Origin: Candidatus Latescibacterota bacterium
Lineage (GTDB): Bacteria; Latescibacterota; UBA2968; UBA8231
DNA length: 64,000 bases
Assembly (NCBI GenBank): GCA_964291625.2
Contig: OZ220089.1
Coordinates: forward strand, 64,001-128,000
Reading direction: 5' to 3'
Shown here: in pieces, positions 9,997-18,232 of the stretch
Position numbering within the stretch: the stretch's first letter is position 1
How the letters are laid out: each line of letters starts with the position of its first letter
Position numbers and translations under genes: made by a program
Notes under the pieces: model-generated
What the model was told of the DNA's origin: nothing
The model's database searches: none
The model's input: only the letters and a program-made list of their open reading frames with translations

Positions 9997-10159
9997 GGAG
10001 TGCGAATAAAGGGGGCGCCCCCGGTGGGTCAACCGGAGTCGGACAGGGACGGAGGCCGCGTCCGGAGCCTGGGCGGGCGGTTTGAGCATGGCGGGCGGGG
10101 CCCCTTTCTTCCGGCGCCCCGCCTTGAGGCGGCGACCATCCGAAACGAAGGAGCACACA

Positions 10160-10948
10160 ATGCCCGATCCATACTCCCTCGAAGGGAAGAAGGCCCTGGT
10201 GACCGGCGGCAAGCGCCGCATCGGCCGGGGGATCGTCCTGGCCCTGGCCGAGGCCGGCTGCGATGTGGGAGTCAACGACCTGGAGCTGGACGCCGACGGC
10301 GAGGAGACCCTGCGCCTCGTCCAGGCCCGCGGCCGGCAGGCGGAGTTCTACGCCGCCGACATCTCCGACAGCGCCCAGGTGGAGGGGATGTTCGCCGCCT
10401 TCCTGGAGCGCTTCGGCCGCATCGACATCCTGGCGAACAACCCCTTCGGGGGCACCGGGCAGACCTTCCTGGAGCTGACCGAGGAGAACTGGGACGCCAA
10501 CCTCGACATCGGCCTGAAGGGGTTCTTCCTGTGCAGCCAGCAGGCGGCGCGGGCGATGGTGAAGCAGGGCGGCGGCGGCTGCATCGTGAGCACCTCCTCC
10601 GTGCACGCGAAGCGCGCCTGGAAGGACGACACCGCCTACGGCACGGCGAAGGCGGGCATCCTTCGCCTCACCCAGAGCATGGCCGTCGACCTCGGCCGGC
10701 ACGGCATCCGCTGCAACGCCATCATGCCCGGGTACATGGACACGGATCACGTGCTCGGCACGCCGCCGCCGGAGACCGGCAGCCTCCGCGAGCAGCTCTT
10801 CGACGCCGTGCCCCTGCGCCGGCCCGGCACCCCGGAGGACATCGGCCGGGCCGCGGCCTTCCTGTGCTCGCCGGCGGCGGGCTGCATCACGGGGGTCTCC
10901 CTCCAGGTCGACGGCGGGCTGCTGGCCGCTTCCCCGGGCGTGCCGTGA
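10160..10948 (+). CDS. Short-chain dehydrogenase/reductase
   Basis: ALVTGGKRRIGRG, YGTAK catalytic motif, IRCNAIMPG, ITGVSLQVDGG; RBS AAGGAG. Confidence 0.9.
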   Translation: MPDPYSLEGKKALVTGGKRRIGRGIVLALAEAGCDVGVNDLELDADGEETLRLVQARGRQAEFYAADISDSAQVEGMFAAFLERFGRIDILANNPFGGTGQTFLELTEENWDANLDIGLKGFFLCSQQAARAMVKQGGGGCIVSTSSVHAKRAWKDDTAYGTAKAGILRLTQSMAVDLGRHGIRCNAIMPGYMDTDHVLGTPPPETGSLREQLFDAVPLRRPGTPEDIGRAAAFLCSPAAGCITGVSLQVDGGLLAASPGVP

Positions 10949-12027
10949 TGACCGCGGCGCCGGCGGGAACGAAGTACCGGGTGGGCATCATCGGCTGCGG
11001 CAGCATCTCCCACTACCACATTCGCGGCTGGAACGGGGTGGACCGGGTCGAAGTGGTGGCCCTGGCCGATCCGGTGGCCGAGGCGCGGGAAGAGTTCGGC
11101 GAGCGCTACGGCATCGCCCGGCGCTACGAGGACTTCCGCCGGATGCTCGACGACGAGTCCCTCGACATCGTCTCGATCTGCACCTGGCACAAGCTGCACG
11201 CGCCGATGACGATCGCCGCCTGCGCCCGCAAGCCCAAGGCGGTGCTGTGCGAGAAGCCCATGGCCACCAGTCTGGGCGAATGCGACGACATGCTGACCGC
11301 CGCCCGCCGCAACCGCGTCAAGCTGGCCATCGCTCACCAGCGCCGCTTCAATGCGGCGTGGACCCTGGCCAGGGAACTGGTGGCGGAAGGGGCCATCGGC
11401 GAGGTGCGGCAGGTCAGCGCCCGCGGTGGGCAGGGCCTGCTCAACGACTGCTCGCACCTGCTGGACATGATGCGCTACGTGATGGGCGATCCGCGGGCGG
11501 TGTGGGTCATGGGCAACGTCGAGCGCAAGACCGAGCGCTTCGAGCGCGACATCCCCATCGAGGATCGGAGTCTGTGCGTGGTGCAGTTCGACAACGGCGC
11601 CATCGGGCAGGTCCTGCAGGAGCTGGCCGGTCCCAACTACCAGGGCGGGGTGTTCTACGGCTCGGAGGGCATCCTCGAGCTCGACGAGAGCAAGGTGCGG
11701 CTGCTCAACAGCCGGACCGGAACCTGGGAGGAGCGCCCGTGCGAGGGCGAGGACCCCAGCGTCGGGCAGCAGCGCGAGATCGTGGAGTGGATCGAAGGCG
11801 AGGTCGAGCACCGCGGCCAGGCGGAACACGGCCGCGCGGCGGTGGAGATCATCATGGCCACGTACGAGTCGGCGCGGCGGCACGAGGTGACGGCCCTGCC
11901 GTTGCGGACGATGGCCTCGCCCCTGGAGGTGATGATCGAGGCGGGGGACTTGCCGGTGGAGCGGCCGGGCCGCTACGACATCCGCGCCTTCCTGCTGCGC
12001 GGCGAGGAGATGCAGCCCGAGGGATAG
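10948..12027 (+). CDS. Gfo/Idh/MocA family oxidoreductase
   Basis: VGIIGCG, VLCEKPMA, HQRRF, DCSHLLD; TGATG overlap with the SDR. Confidence 0.9.
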   Translation: MTAAPAGTKYRVGIIGCGSISHYHIRGWNGVDRVEVVALADPVAEAREEFGERYGIARRYEDFRRMLDDESLDIVSICTWHKLHAPMTIAACARKPKAVLCEKPMATSLGECDDMLTAARRNRVKLAIAHQRRFNAAWTLARELVAEGAIGEVRQVSARGGQGLLNDCSHLLDMMRYVMGDPRAVWVMGNVERKTERFERDIPIEDRSLCVVQFDNGAIGQVLQELAGPNYQGGVFYGSEGILELDESKVRLLNSRTGTWEERPCEGEDPSVGQQREIVEWIEGEVEHRGQAEHGRAAVEIIMATYESARRHEVTALPLRTMASPLEVMIEAGDLPVERPGRYDIRAFLLRGEEMQPEG

Positions 12028-12055
12028 GGGGCCGGTGCCGTGGTCTTCGGATCCT

Positions 12056-12712
12056 CTACTCGATCCTGACCATCCTGCGGACCTGCATCTCACGCCCCTG
12101 GTGCAGCCGCACGACGTAGACGCCGGCGGCGACCGGTCGTCCATCTCCGTCCCGGCCATCCCAGCCGAGCCGGTGCTCACCAGCGGCCAGGGGACCGCTC
12201 CACAGGTGGCGCACTGGCTGCCCCGAGATGTTGTAGACCGTCAGACTCACGGCGACTCCGCCAGCCATGACCGTAACCGGGATGGTCGTGGCCGAGTTGA
12301 ACGGGTTGGGATAGTTGGCCCCGAGGGCGAATGTGGTGGGTGCGGTCGTCCCCTCCGCTATGGTCGTGGCCGCGCCTGAACCACATGTGGAGTACACGTA
12401 CACGCATCCCGGCATACCGGGATGGTGGTAGTAGTGGTCCTGCCGACGATGGTGATAGTGGTCCCGCCAGAACTCGACGGGCAGGTGGTCTTCCCAGTCG
12501 CATGGAAGCGAGGTCATGCGGGAGCCGCTGCTGCCCTCGGCGATCCCGTGGCAGTCATCGGCCCGCGTCCGGTCGGCCATGGAGAACACCACCACCATCG
12601 CAGCCGCTACCCTGCCCGGCGACCGCAGAGCCAACCACCCGGCGCGGCTCCGGGCGGCCGCCGGCGATGCCGGGGGCGTGTTCGATCGTCGTTCGTGGAA
12701 TCCCCGATTCAC
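12056..12712 (-). CDS. Small secreted protein with His/Cys-rich segment and C-terminal FlgD-Ig/T9SS-CTD-like domain
   Basis: Hydrophobic leader, WRDHYHHRRQDHYYHHPG, then FALGANYPNPFNSATTI...YNISGQPVRHL...WDGRDGDGRPVAAGVYVVRL. Confidence 0.72.
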   Translation of the reverse strand: MNRGFHERRSNTPPASPAAARSRAGWLALRSPGRVAAAMVVVFSMADRTRADDCHGIAEGSSGSRMTSLPCDWEDHLPVEFWRDHYHHRRQDHYYHHPGMPGCVYVYSTCGSGAATTIAEGTTAPTTFALGANYPNPFNSATTIPVTVMAGGVAVSLTVYNISGQPVRHLWSGPLAAGEHRLGWDGRDGDGRPVAAGVYVVRLHQGREMQVRRMVRIE

Positions 12713-12774
12713 GGCTCCCTCCCGGTGTATGGCACGCCAGCCCCGATCACTGGCGGTGCGCTCGAGGAGCTTGA

Positions 12775-12790
12775 AGCAAGCCCCGTGCCT
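12775..12790 (-). promoter_or_regulatory. Putative sigma54 (-24/-12) promoter for the 12056-12712 gene
   Basis: Minus strand AGGCACGGGGCTTGCT with exact GG-N10-GC spacing, about 60 bp upstream of the start codon and its GGGAGG RBS. Confidence 0.65.
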
Positions 12791-12960
12791 CGGCCTCCGG
12801 GAGGCCCTCCCGTAGCTTGCCCTGGGGAGATCCGTCTGAGAGGGTGGTGTCGAAGGTGGCCGGATCCGCCACTACCCGGCGGCAGCCGCCGGGAGCCGCG
12901 ACGTTCCGCGGGCGGCCTGGCCTGGGAACTGGTCAGACGGTGCGTGCCTTCCGCGGCGGT

Positions 12961-13320
12961 TCAGAACCGCAGGGCGGCGACGGCGAATCCCCTTCCGGGA
13001 TGTGGCGACAGACGGAGGGAGAGGCCGCTGTCTTCAGGGGGACCGCGGAACCACTCGGACACCATCGTGGCCGTGAGGACCGGGCAGGCGAAGAGGGCCG
13101 GCCAGAGTGTGTCTTTGGCAGCTGTCAGATAGACGCCGGCGAGGAGTCCCGCCGCACTGCCTCCCAGGACAGGAATGAACCGGTCATGCGGATCCATCCG
13201 GCTGACGCCGACGGCGGCTCCGACGGTATAGCCCATCGTCCCAAAGAGAAGAGCACCCGCGACTCTTCCCATACCGCAGAAGTCACCCTCGTCTCCCCCC
13301 GGGCAGGTTTCTGTCGAGCC
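12961..13320 (-). pseudogene. 5'-truncated Gly-rich membrane protein (paralogue of 5734-6513)
   Basis: GYTVGAAVGVSRMDPHD...C-terminal LSLRLSP...AVAALRF; no credible start before the integrase fragment. Confidence 0.5.
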
Positions 13321-13682
13321 CAGGGCCGAGGCGCTCCTCCGGTGGCGGTCTGCCGCCGGCCTCGAAGGCGATGGCGGCGCCGTGTTCCGGGCGGTGCGCA
13401 AGGGCGGAAAGCGGATCGGGCCCGCTCGACTCCCGGAACATCCGGCGGATCATCGTCACGCGGGCCCGGGCCGCCGGGATCGAGGGCCGGGTCTCCGGCC
13501 ACTCGCTGAGGGTGGGCGGGGCGCAATCGCTGGCCGCCGCCGGCGCCGGCCTCGTGGAGCTGCAGCAGGCGGGCGACTGGCGCTCCCCCGCCATGCCCGC
13601 CCACTACGCCAGGGGCCAGCCCGGGGCCCGGGGCGCCGTCGCCCGGCTCCGCTACGGCGCCCAGGGCGGGCCGGCGACGTGA
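13321..13682 (+). pseudogene. Tyrosine recombinase (Cre-like/phage integrase) C-terminal remnant
   Basis: VFRAVRKGGKR in one frame, then RARAAGIEGRVSGHSLRVGGAQSL...GDWRSPAMPAHY (H-x-x-R, W, catalytic Y) in another; N-terminal half missing. Confidence 0.8.
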
Positions 13683-15352
13683 CCGACGCCACAGACCAGC
13701 GGCGGCGGCCATGCTGCTACCCTCTTGTCGGCCGGCAGCGGTTCGGGGAGCGTGTAGGGTTCGGCTTGGGAGAAGTCCACTTCGTAGCCCATATCGGCCA
13801 GGGCTGCAACCGTGATCGCCGACAAGCGGGTGAGCGGGCGGCTCCACGCAGTCGGGGTGAAGTTCGGGTGGACCCACGGCAGCACATAGCCGAAGCCGTC
13901 GGGGCCGTAGCGAATCCACAGCGAGGTGCCGGGCTCGTCGTCAGGCGGAGGCTCGTATAGCACGCCGTTGCTACCGTAGAGGATCTCCGATGACATCAGT
14001 TCCCCCCTCGCCCTCGCTGCGGTCTCCTCGCGGCGGTTCGGGTCAATGGGCATCGTGAAGACCCAGCTTCTCCAATGACTACCGTCCGACTCTGTGGGGA
14101 CCTTCTCAGCGTAGGAACTCCCGCCGGCCTCGTCGAACGCTTGGATCGCAAGAGGGCCGGTAAAGCTGTACCCATCGGCGGACCGTAAGGCCTGCCAAGC
14201 CTCGCCGGTCCCGATACCCAAACAATGGCCGATCTCATGCAGGGCGAGGCGGACCAAAGAAGGGTTCGGGAAGCGAAGGCCGCTTTGCTTGAAAACCGTC
14301 CTCGCCAGGTAGGGTGTGCCATTGGGGCGTTCACCGGTGACCCACGCCACTGCACCGACGTCGGGGGGCGCCCATACTGGGGATGATCCCGTGTCGCCAA
14401 CGGAGATCCGGAGATCATCGACGACATCCGTTTCACCTCCTACCCCCACGTCCACGTCGTCCAGATCCCCGGTGATGACTTCTTCCCACCGGTCGGCCGC
14501 CAGCCGGATGAGGGCTTTCTGGCGCTCCGTGAAAACGGCGCGAGAATCAAACACCAGCTCGATATCAAAGCTGCCGGAAGGATCGTCGGAAGGGGGCTCC
14601 CGAACCGTGACCGGATAGGACGCCAGCAGGTTGTCGTCGCCGTCCAGGATCTGTACCGCGCCGTCGCCCGCTTGGCACCCGGCCAGCCAGAACACCCGTC
14701 CGTGATCGCCGGTCTTCGTGTCGTTCGGCTCGCCGGCGCACCAGTCGTCACCGGGGGCGGTCGTTCGCCGGGCGATCTCCAGGACGGGGGAGCCGGTGTC
14801 TTCAGGATTGACGCGGACCCGGACCTCCTCCGTGGAGGCGGCCCCGTCCAGGGCCGTAACGCTCAGGGTGAGCCGTTGCCAGAGGGTGCCGTCGGGCACC
14901 AGGTCCAGCTCGGAAGGGGACGGCGACAGGGCCGCCAGGATGGGGGGCGCGAGCGGCTCCCCGATCTTCCAGGGATTGCCCGATTCGGCCACGTAGAGGA
15001 AGCGCCCCAGGTGCTTCAGGTCGTCCCAATCGTTGTCACCGTCGCGGTCGATGTCGAGCAGGTCGAAATCGTAGTGCTCAACCATGTAGGTCTTGCCCGT
15101 GAGATATTGCCACAAGGGCCACAGATCCCAGAAGGTGACCTCGCCGTTGCCGGTGGCGTCACCCAGGAGGCGGTGACCGCCGGCCGCCTTGCTGGCCGCC
15201 TCGACGGCCGGCGGGCCCCCGGCCGGGGCCGGGATTCCCTGGCGAGCCAGCCACGCCCCCAGGGCTTGGTACTCGTCGGGTGGGCTGGTCGGCTTCGTGC
15301 ACTGGGACAGGGCCACAGCCACAGCGATTAGGGCCGGGAGCCTTCCGTTCAT
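13652..15352 (-). CDS. Lipoprotein zinc metalloprotease (leishmanolysin/M8-like) with dockerin/EF-hand-like repeat
   Basis: Lipobox-like VAVALSQC; GDATGNGEVTFWD and DIDRDGDNDWDD Ca-binding loops; AADRWEEVITGDL, LHEIGHCLGIG, SHW, ELMS, LSAITVAALADMGY. Confidence 0.75.
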   Translation of the reverse strand: MNGRLPALIAVAVALSQCTKPTSPPDEYQALGAWLARQGIPAPAGGPPAVEAASKAAGGHRLLGDATGNGEVTFWDLWPLWQYLTGKTYMVEHYDFDLLDIDRDGDNDWDDLKHLGRFLYVAESGNPWKIGEPLAPPILAALSPSPSELDLVPDGTLWQRLTLSVTALDGAASTEEVRVRVNPEDTGSPVLEIARRTTAPGDDWCAGEPNDTKTGDHGRVFWLAGCQAGDGAVQILDGDDNLLASYPVTVREPPSDDPSGSFDIELVFDSRAVFTERQKALIRLAADRWEEVITGDLDDVDVGVGGETDVVDDLRISVGDTGSSPVWAPPDVGAVAWVTGERPNGTPYLARTVFKQSGLRFPNPSLVRLALHEIGHCLGIGTGEAWQALRSADGYSFTGPLAIQAFDEAGGSSYAEKVPTESDGSHWRSWVFTMPIDPNRREETAARARGELMSSEILYGSNGVLYEPPPDDEPGTSLWIRYGPDGFGYVLPWVHPNFTPTAWSRPLTRLSAITVAALADMGYEVDFSQAEPYTLPEPLPADKRVAAWPPPLVCGVGHVAGPPWAP

Positions 15353-15503
15353 GCGCCATTGCTCCTTTCGCAAGGATGTCCACGGGCTTGCCCCGGGCGC
15401 CTGGGCGAGCTTGGGCAAAATGATACGTGGGACGCTGCCGGGAGGGTAAATCACCCGGCGGGGCGGCGGATCGGCCTCCGGGTTTGCTTGCACGTCGGGG
15501 GTG

Positions 15504-15650
15504 GGCGATGCGGCAGGACCTAGTGTCCGCCGCGGCCACATCCCACAGCCGGACCTCGCCGTTGCGCCTGCCGCTGGCAAGGATCGAGCCGTCCGGAGAG
15601 AAGGCCAGGGCCTGGACCCAGGTCCCGAGCCCCTCAAGCGTGTCGGTGTG
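15504..15650. repeat. Near-identical copy of 19681-19828 (one WD40 repeat)
   Basis: Both start GGCGATGCGGCAGGACCT and share CCCACAGCCGGACCTCGCCGTTGCG and CCAGGGCCTGGACCCAGGTCCCGAG. Confidence 0.85.
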
Positions 15651-15886
15651 GACGTAGCCCTTCCACGTGTCCAGCCGGGCCCACTCCCCCGAGACAGGAT
15701 GCCGCTCACCCCGCCCGTGGACGACCGTCACCGGGCGCCCGCCTGCATGCGGACATCGATCTCGCCGGCTTCCAGCACCACCTCCGCCGGCGGTGGTCCG
15801 CCCTCTGCGGACGCGGATGCCGCGCACACAAGGAGTGCTACGGCAGGAAGGGGGATCACCCCGCGGGGGGTCCGGATGGAGTTCAT
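15504..15886 (-). pseudogene. Degenerate chimeric gene: secreted-protein N-terminus plus a single WD40 repeat fragment
   Basis: MNSIRT...AVALLVCAASASA leader stops at 15728; a downstream frame gives TLEGLGTWVQALAFSPDGSILASGRRNGEVRLWDV. Confidence 0.6.
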
Positions 15887-15929
15887 GTCTCGTTCCTTCT
15901 CGCCATATCTCCGAGACGGGGACGGCGCA

Positions 15930-18149
15930 TCACTTGAGAAGAAGCATCTTCCGCATCTGCACGATCGCCCCGGCCTGCAGCCGGGCGAAGTAGACCCCGC
16001 TGGCCAGGGTCTCGCCCCGCTGATCGCGGCCGTCCCAGCGTGCGGCTCGCCCGCTCGTGCGGTACCAGCCGGCCGGCCGGTAGCCCAGATCGATCTCCCG
16101 CACCCGGGCCCCCCGCACATCGTGGATCGTCAGACGCACCCGCGCCGGCGCTTGGAGCTGGAAGGGGATCCAGGTCTCCAGGTTGAAGGGATTGGGATAG
16201 CTGGCCTGCAGGGCGGTCCGGTCCGGCTGCGCCGGGGGGAGCCCGACCGATGTCGGCCCGGCTATGTGCGGCGACAGGTCCCACAGCAGGATGGTGCCGT
16301 CGCGGTTGCCGGTCGCCAGGGTCGTGCCCTCCGGGGAGAAGGCCAGGGCAATGGCATTGTACATGAAGAGTCCTTTGGGACGGCCACTCTCCGCCGCCCA
16401 GAGTCTGATAGCCTGGGCCCCGCCGGTGCTCACCAGGAGAGCGCCATCGGGCGAGAAGGAGACTTCACGGATGCCTCCGTGACCCGGTTCCCCATGTCCC
16501 TCCAGGACGGCCCGAAGCTCTCCGGTGCCGGTGTCCCACAGCCGGAGAAGGCCATCCCAGCCGCCGCCGGCGAGGGTCCGTCCATCCGGTGAGTAAGCCA
16601 CCGCGTCGACCGAGCCTCCGGTTTCCTCCCGAAGATCCCGGAGCTCTCCAGTGGCGGTATCCCACAGCCGGATTCCGTCGTCATGGCCGCTGGCGAGGGT
16701 TCGGCCATCGGGCGAGAAGGCCAACGCCCGGACCACCTTCGGCCAGGCCTCCAGAGTGGCCTCGAGGCGGCCGTCCTCCACCCTCCGCAGCAGGATCGTG
16801 CCGTGTCCATCGCCGCTGGCCAGGGTCAGGCCGTCCGGTGAGAAGGCCACCGACGTGACCTGGCCTGAGGGCCCGGGAAGGGTGGCCGTGTGCCGGCCGC
16901 TGCCGGGGTCCCACAGACGCACCGTCAGGTCCACGCTGCCGCTGGCCAAGAGCGAGCCATCGGGCGAGAAGGCCACGGTGCTGACCGGCCGCCGGTGACC
17001 GTGGAGGATGGCCCTGAAGCGGCGGCCGTCCACGTCCCACAGGCGGACGGCGTTGTCAGCGCCGGCACTGGCCAGGCTCTTCCCGTCCGGCGAGAAGGCC
17101 ACCGACGCCACGTACCGCATGTGCTCTTCGCCGAAGCTCAGGGAGGCCTGGAGCTGGCCGGCCATGTCCCGCCGGCGGACCGTGTAGCCGGAACCGCTGC
17201 TGACCAGGACGTTGCCGTCGGGTGCAAAGGTGAGGGAGAGGATCCCCCAGCCTTCCATCGGTAACGAGGCCCCGGGCTGGCCGCTGGCCACGTCCCACAG
17301 CCGCACCTCGCCACCGCCGCCGCTGGCCAGGGTCGCCAGGGTCGCCCCGTCCGGCGAGAACGCCAGGTAGTAGACCAGGCTCCGGTGCGGCAAGGTGACC
17401 TTGTGGCGGCCGGAGGCCACATCCCACAGCCGGACCTCACCGTCCCGGGCGCCGCTGGCCAGGAGCGAGCCGTCCGGCGAGAAGGCCACCGAGTAGACCC
17501 AGTCTCCATGCCCCGGCAAGGTGGCCGTGTGGAGGCCGTCCTCGACCGACCACAGCCGCACCGTGCCGTCGCCGCTGCCGCTGGCCAGGCTCGTCCCGTC
17601 CGGCGAGAAAGCCACGGAGACAACGTCCCACAAATGGCCCCCGAGGGTGGCCAGGGGCCGGGCCGAGTCGACGGACCACAGTCGGATCCGCTTGTCCTCT
17701 CCCCCGGTGGTAGCCAAAGTGGCCCCGTCCGGGGAGAAGGCCATGGCGAGAACCCTCCCCCTGTGCTTCTCAGGGGCGTCCCGGTAGCGGCCGCTCTCCA
17801 CGTCCCAGAACCGGACCGAACCGTCCGCGCCTCCGCCAGCCAGGATGGACGCGTCCGGGGAGAAGGCCAGGCTCCTCCGGATGCCGTCCGCGCCACCCTC
17901 CATGCGGGCGACCTCGGCGCCGGTCTCCCCGTCGCGAAGCCAGACGCCGTACCTGCTGCCCGCGGCCAGCCGCTTGCCATCGGCCGAGAGGGCGGACTTC
18001 ACCCATATCTCCCCCCGGCCCAAGCGGGCGATGCTGCCTTCGGGCAGCGGCACGGTCTCGCCGCCCGCGAGGCTGTCCCGCGCCAGCAGCAGGCAGAGCC
18101 CCGCGAGCACAACCCTCAACTCCGGCCTCGGCATTCCGTGTCGACGCAT
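15930..18149 (-). CDS. Secreted WD40-repeat protein with C-terminal FlgD-Ig/T9SS-CTD-like domain
   Basis: Signal peptide, LPEGSIARLGRG, over a dozen AFSPDG...LASG...VRLWD repeats, TALQASYPNPFNLETWIPFQL tail. Confidence 0.92.
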   Translation of the reverse strand: MRRHGMPRPELRVVLAGLCLLLARDSLAGGETVPLPEGSIARLGRGEIWVKSALSADGKRLAAGSRYGVWLRDGETGAEVARMEGGADGIRRSLAFSPDASILAGGGADGSVRFWDVESGRYRDAPEKHRGRVLAMAFSPDGATLATTGGEDKRIRLWSVDSARPLATLGGHLWDVVSVAFSPDGTSLASGSGDGTVRLWSVEDGLHTATLPGHGDWVYSVAFSPDGSLLASGARDGEVRLWDVASGRHKVTLPHRSLVYYLAFSPDGATLATLASGGGGEVRLWDVASGQPGASLPMEGWGILSLTFAPDGNVLVSSGSGYTVRRRDMAGQLQASLSFGEEHMRYVASVAFSPDGKSLASAGADNAVRLWDVDGRRFRAILHGHRRPVSTVAFSPDGSLLASGSVDLTVRLWDPGSGRHTATLPGPSGQVTSVAFSPDGLTLASGDGHGTILLRRVEDGRLEATLEAWPKVVRALAFSPDGRTLASGHDDGIRLWDTATGELRDLREETGGSVDAVAYSPDGRTLAGGGWDGLLRLWDTGTGELRAVLEGHGEPGHGGIREVSFSPDGALLVSTGGAQAIRLWAAESGRPKGLFMYNAIALAFSPEGTTLATGNRDGTILLWDLSPHIAGPTSVGLPPAQPDRTALQASYPNPFNLETWIPFQLQAPARVRLTIHDVRGARVREIDLGYRPAGWYRTSGRAARWDGRDQRGETLASGVYFARLQAGAIVQMRKMLLLK

Positions 18150-18232
18150 GTCGGCCCCTCTCAGAGCGGATCGGACTTCCCCCGCGGGCCAGGAACCCTG
18201 GCGCGGCGGACGCTGACGCTCCGCTGCCACCT

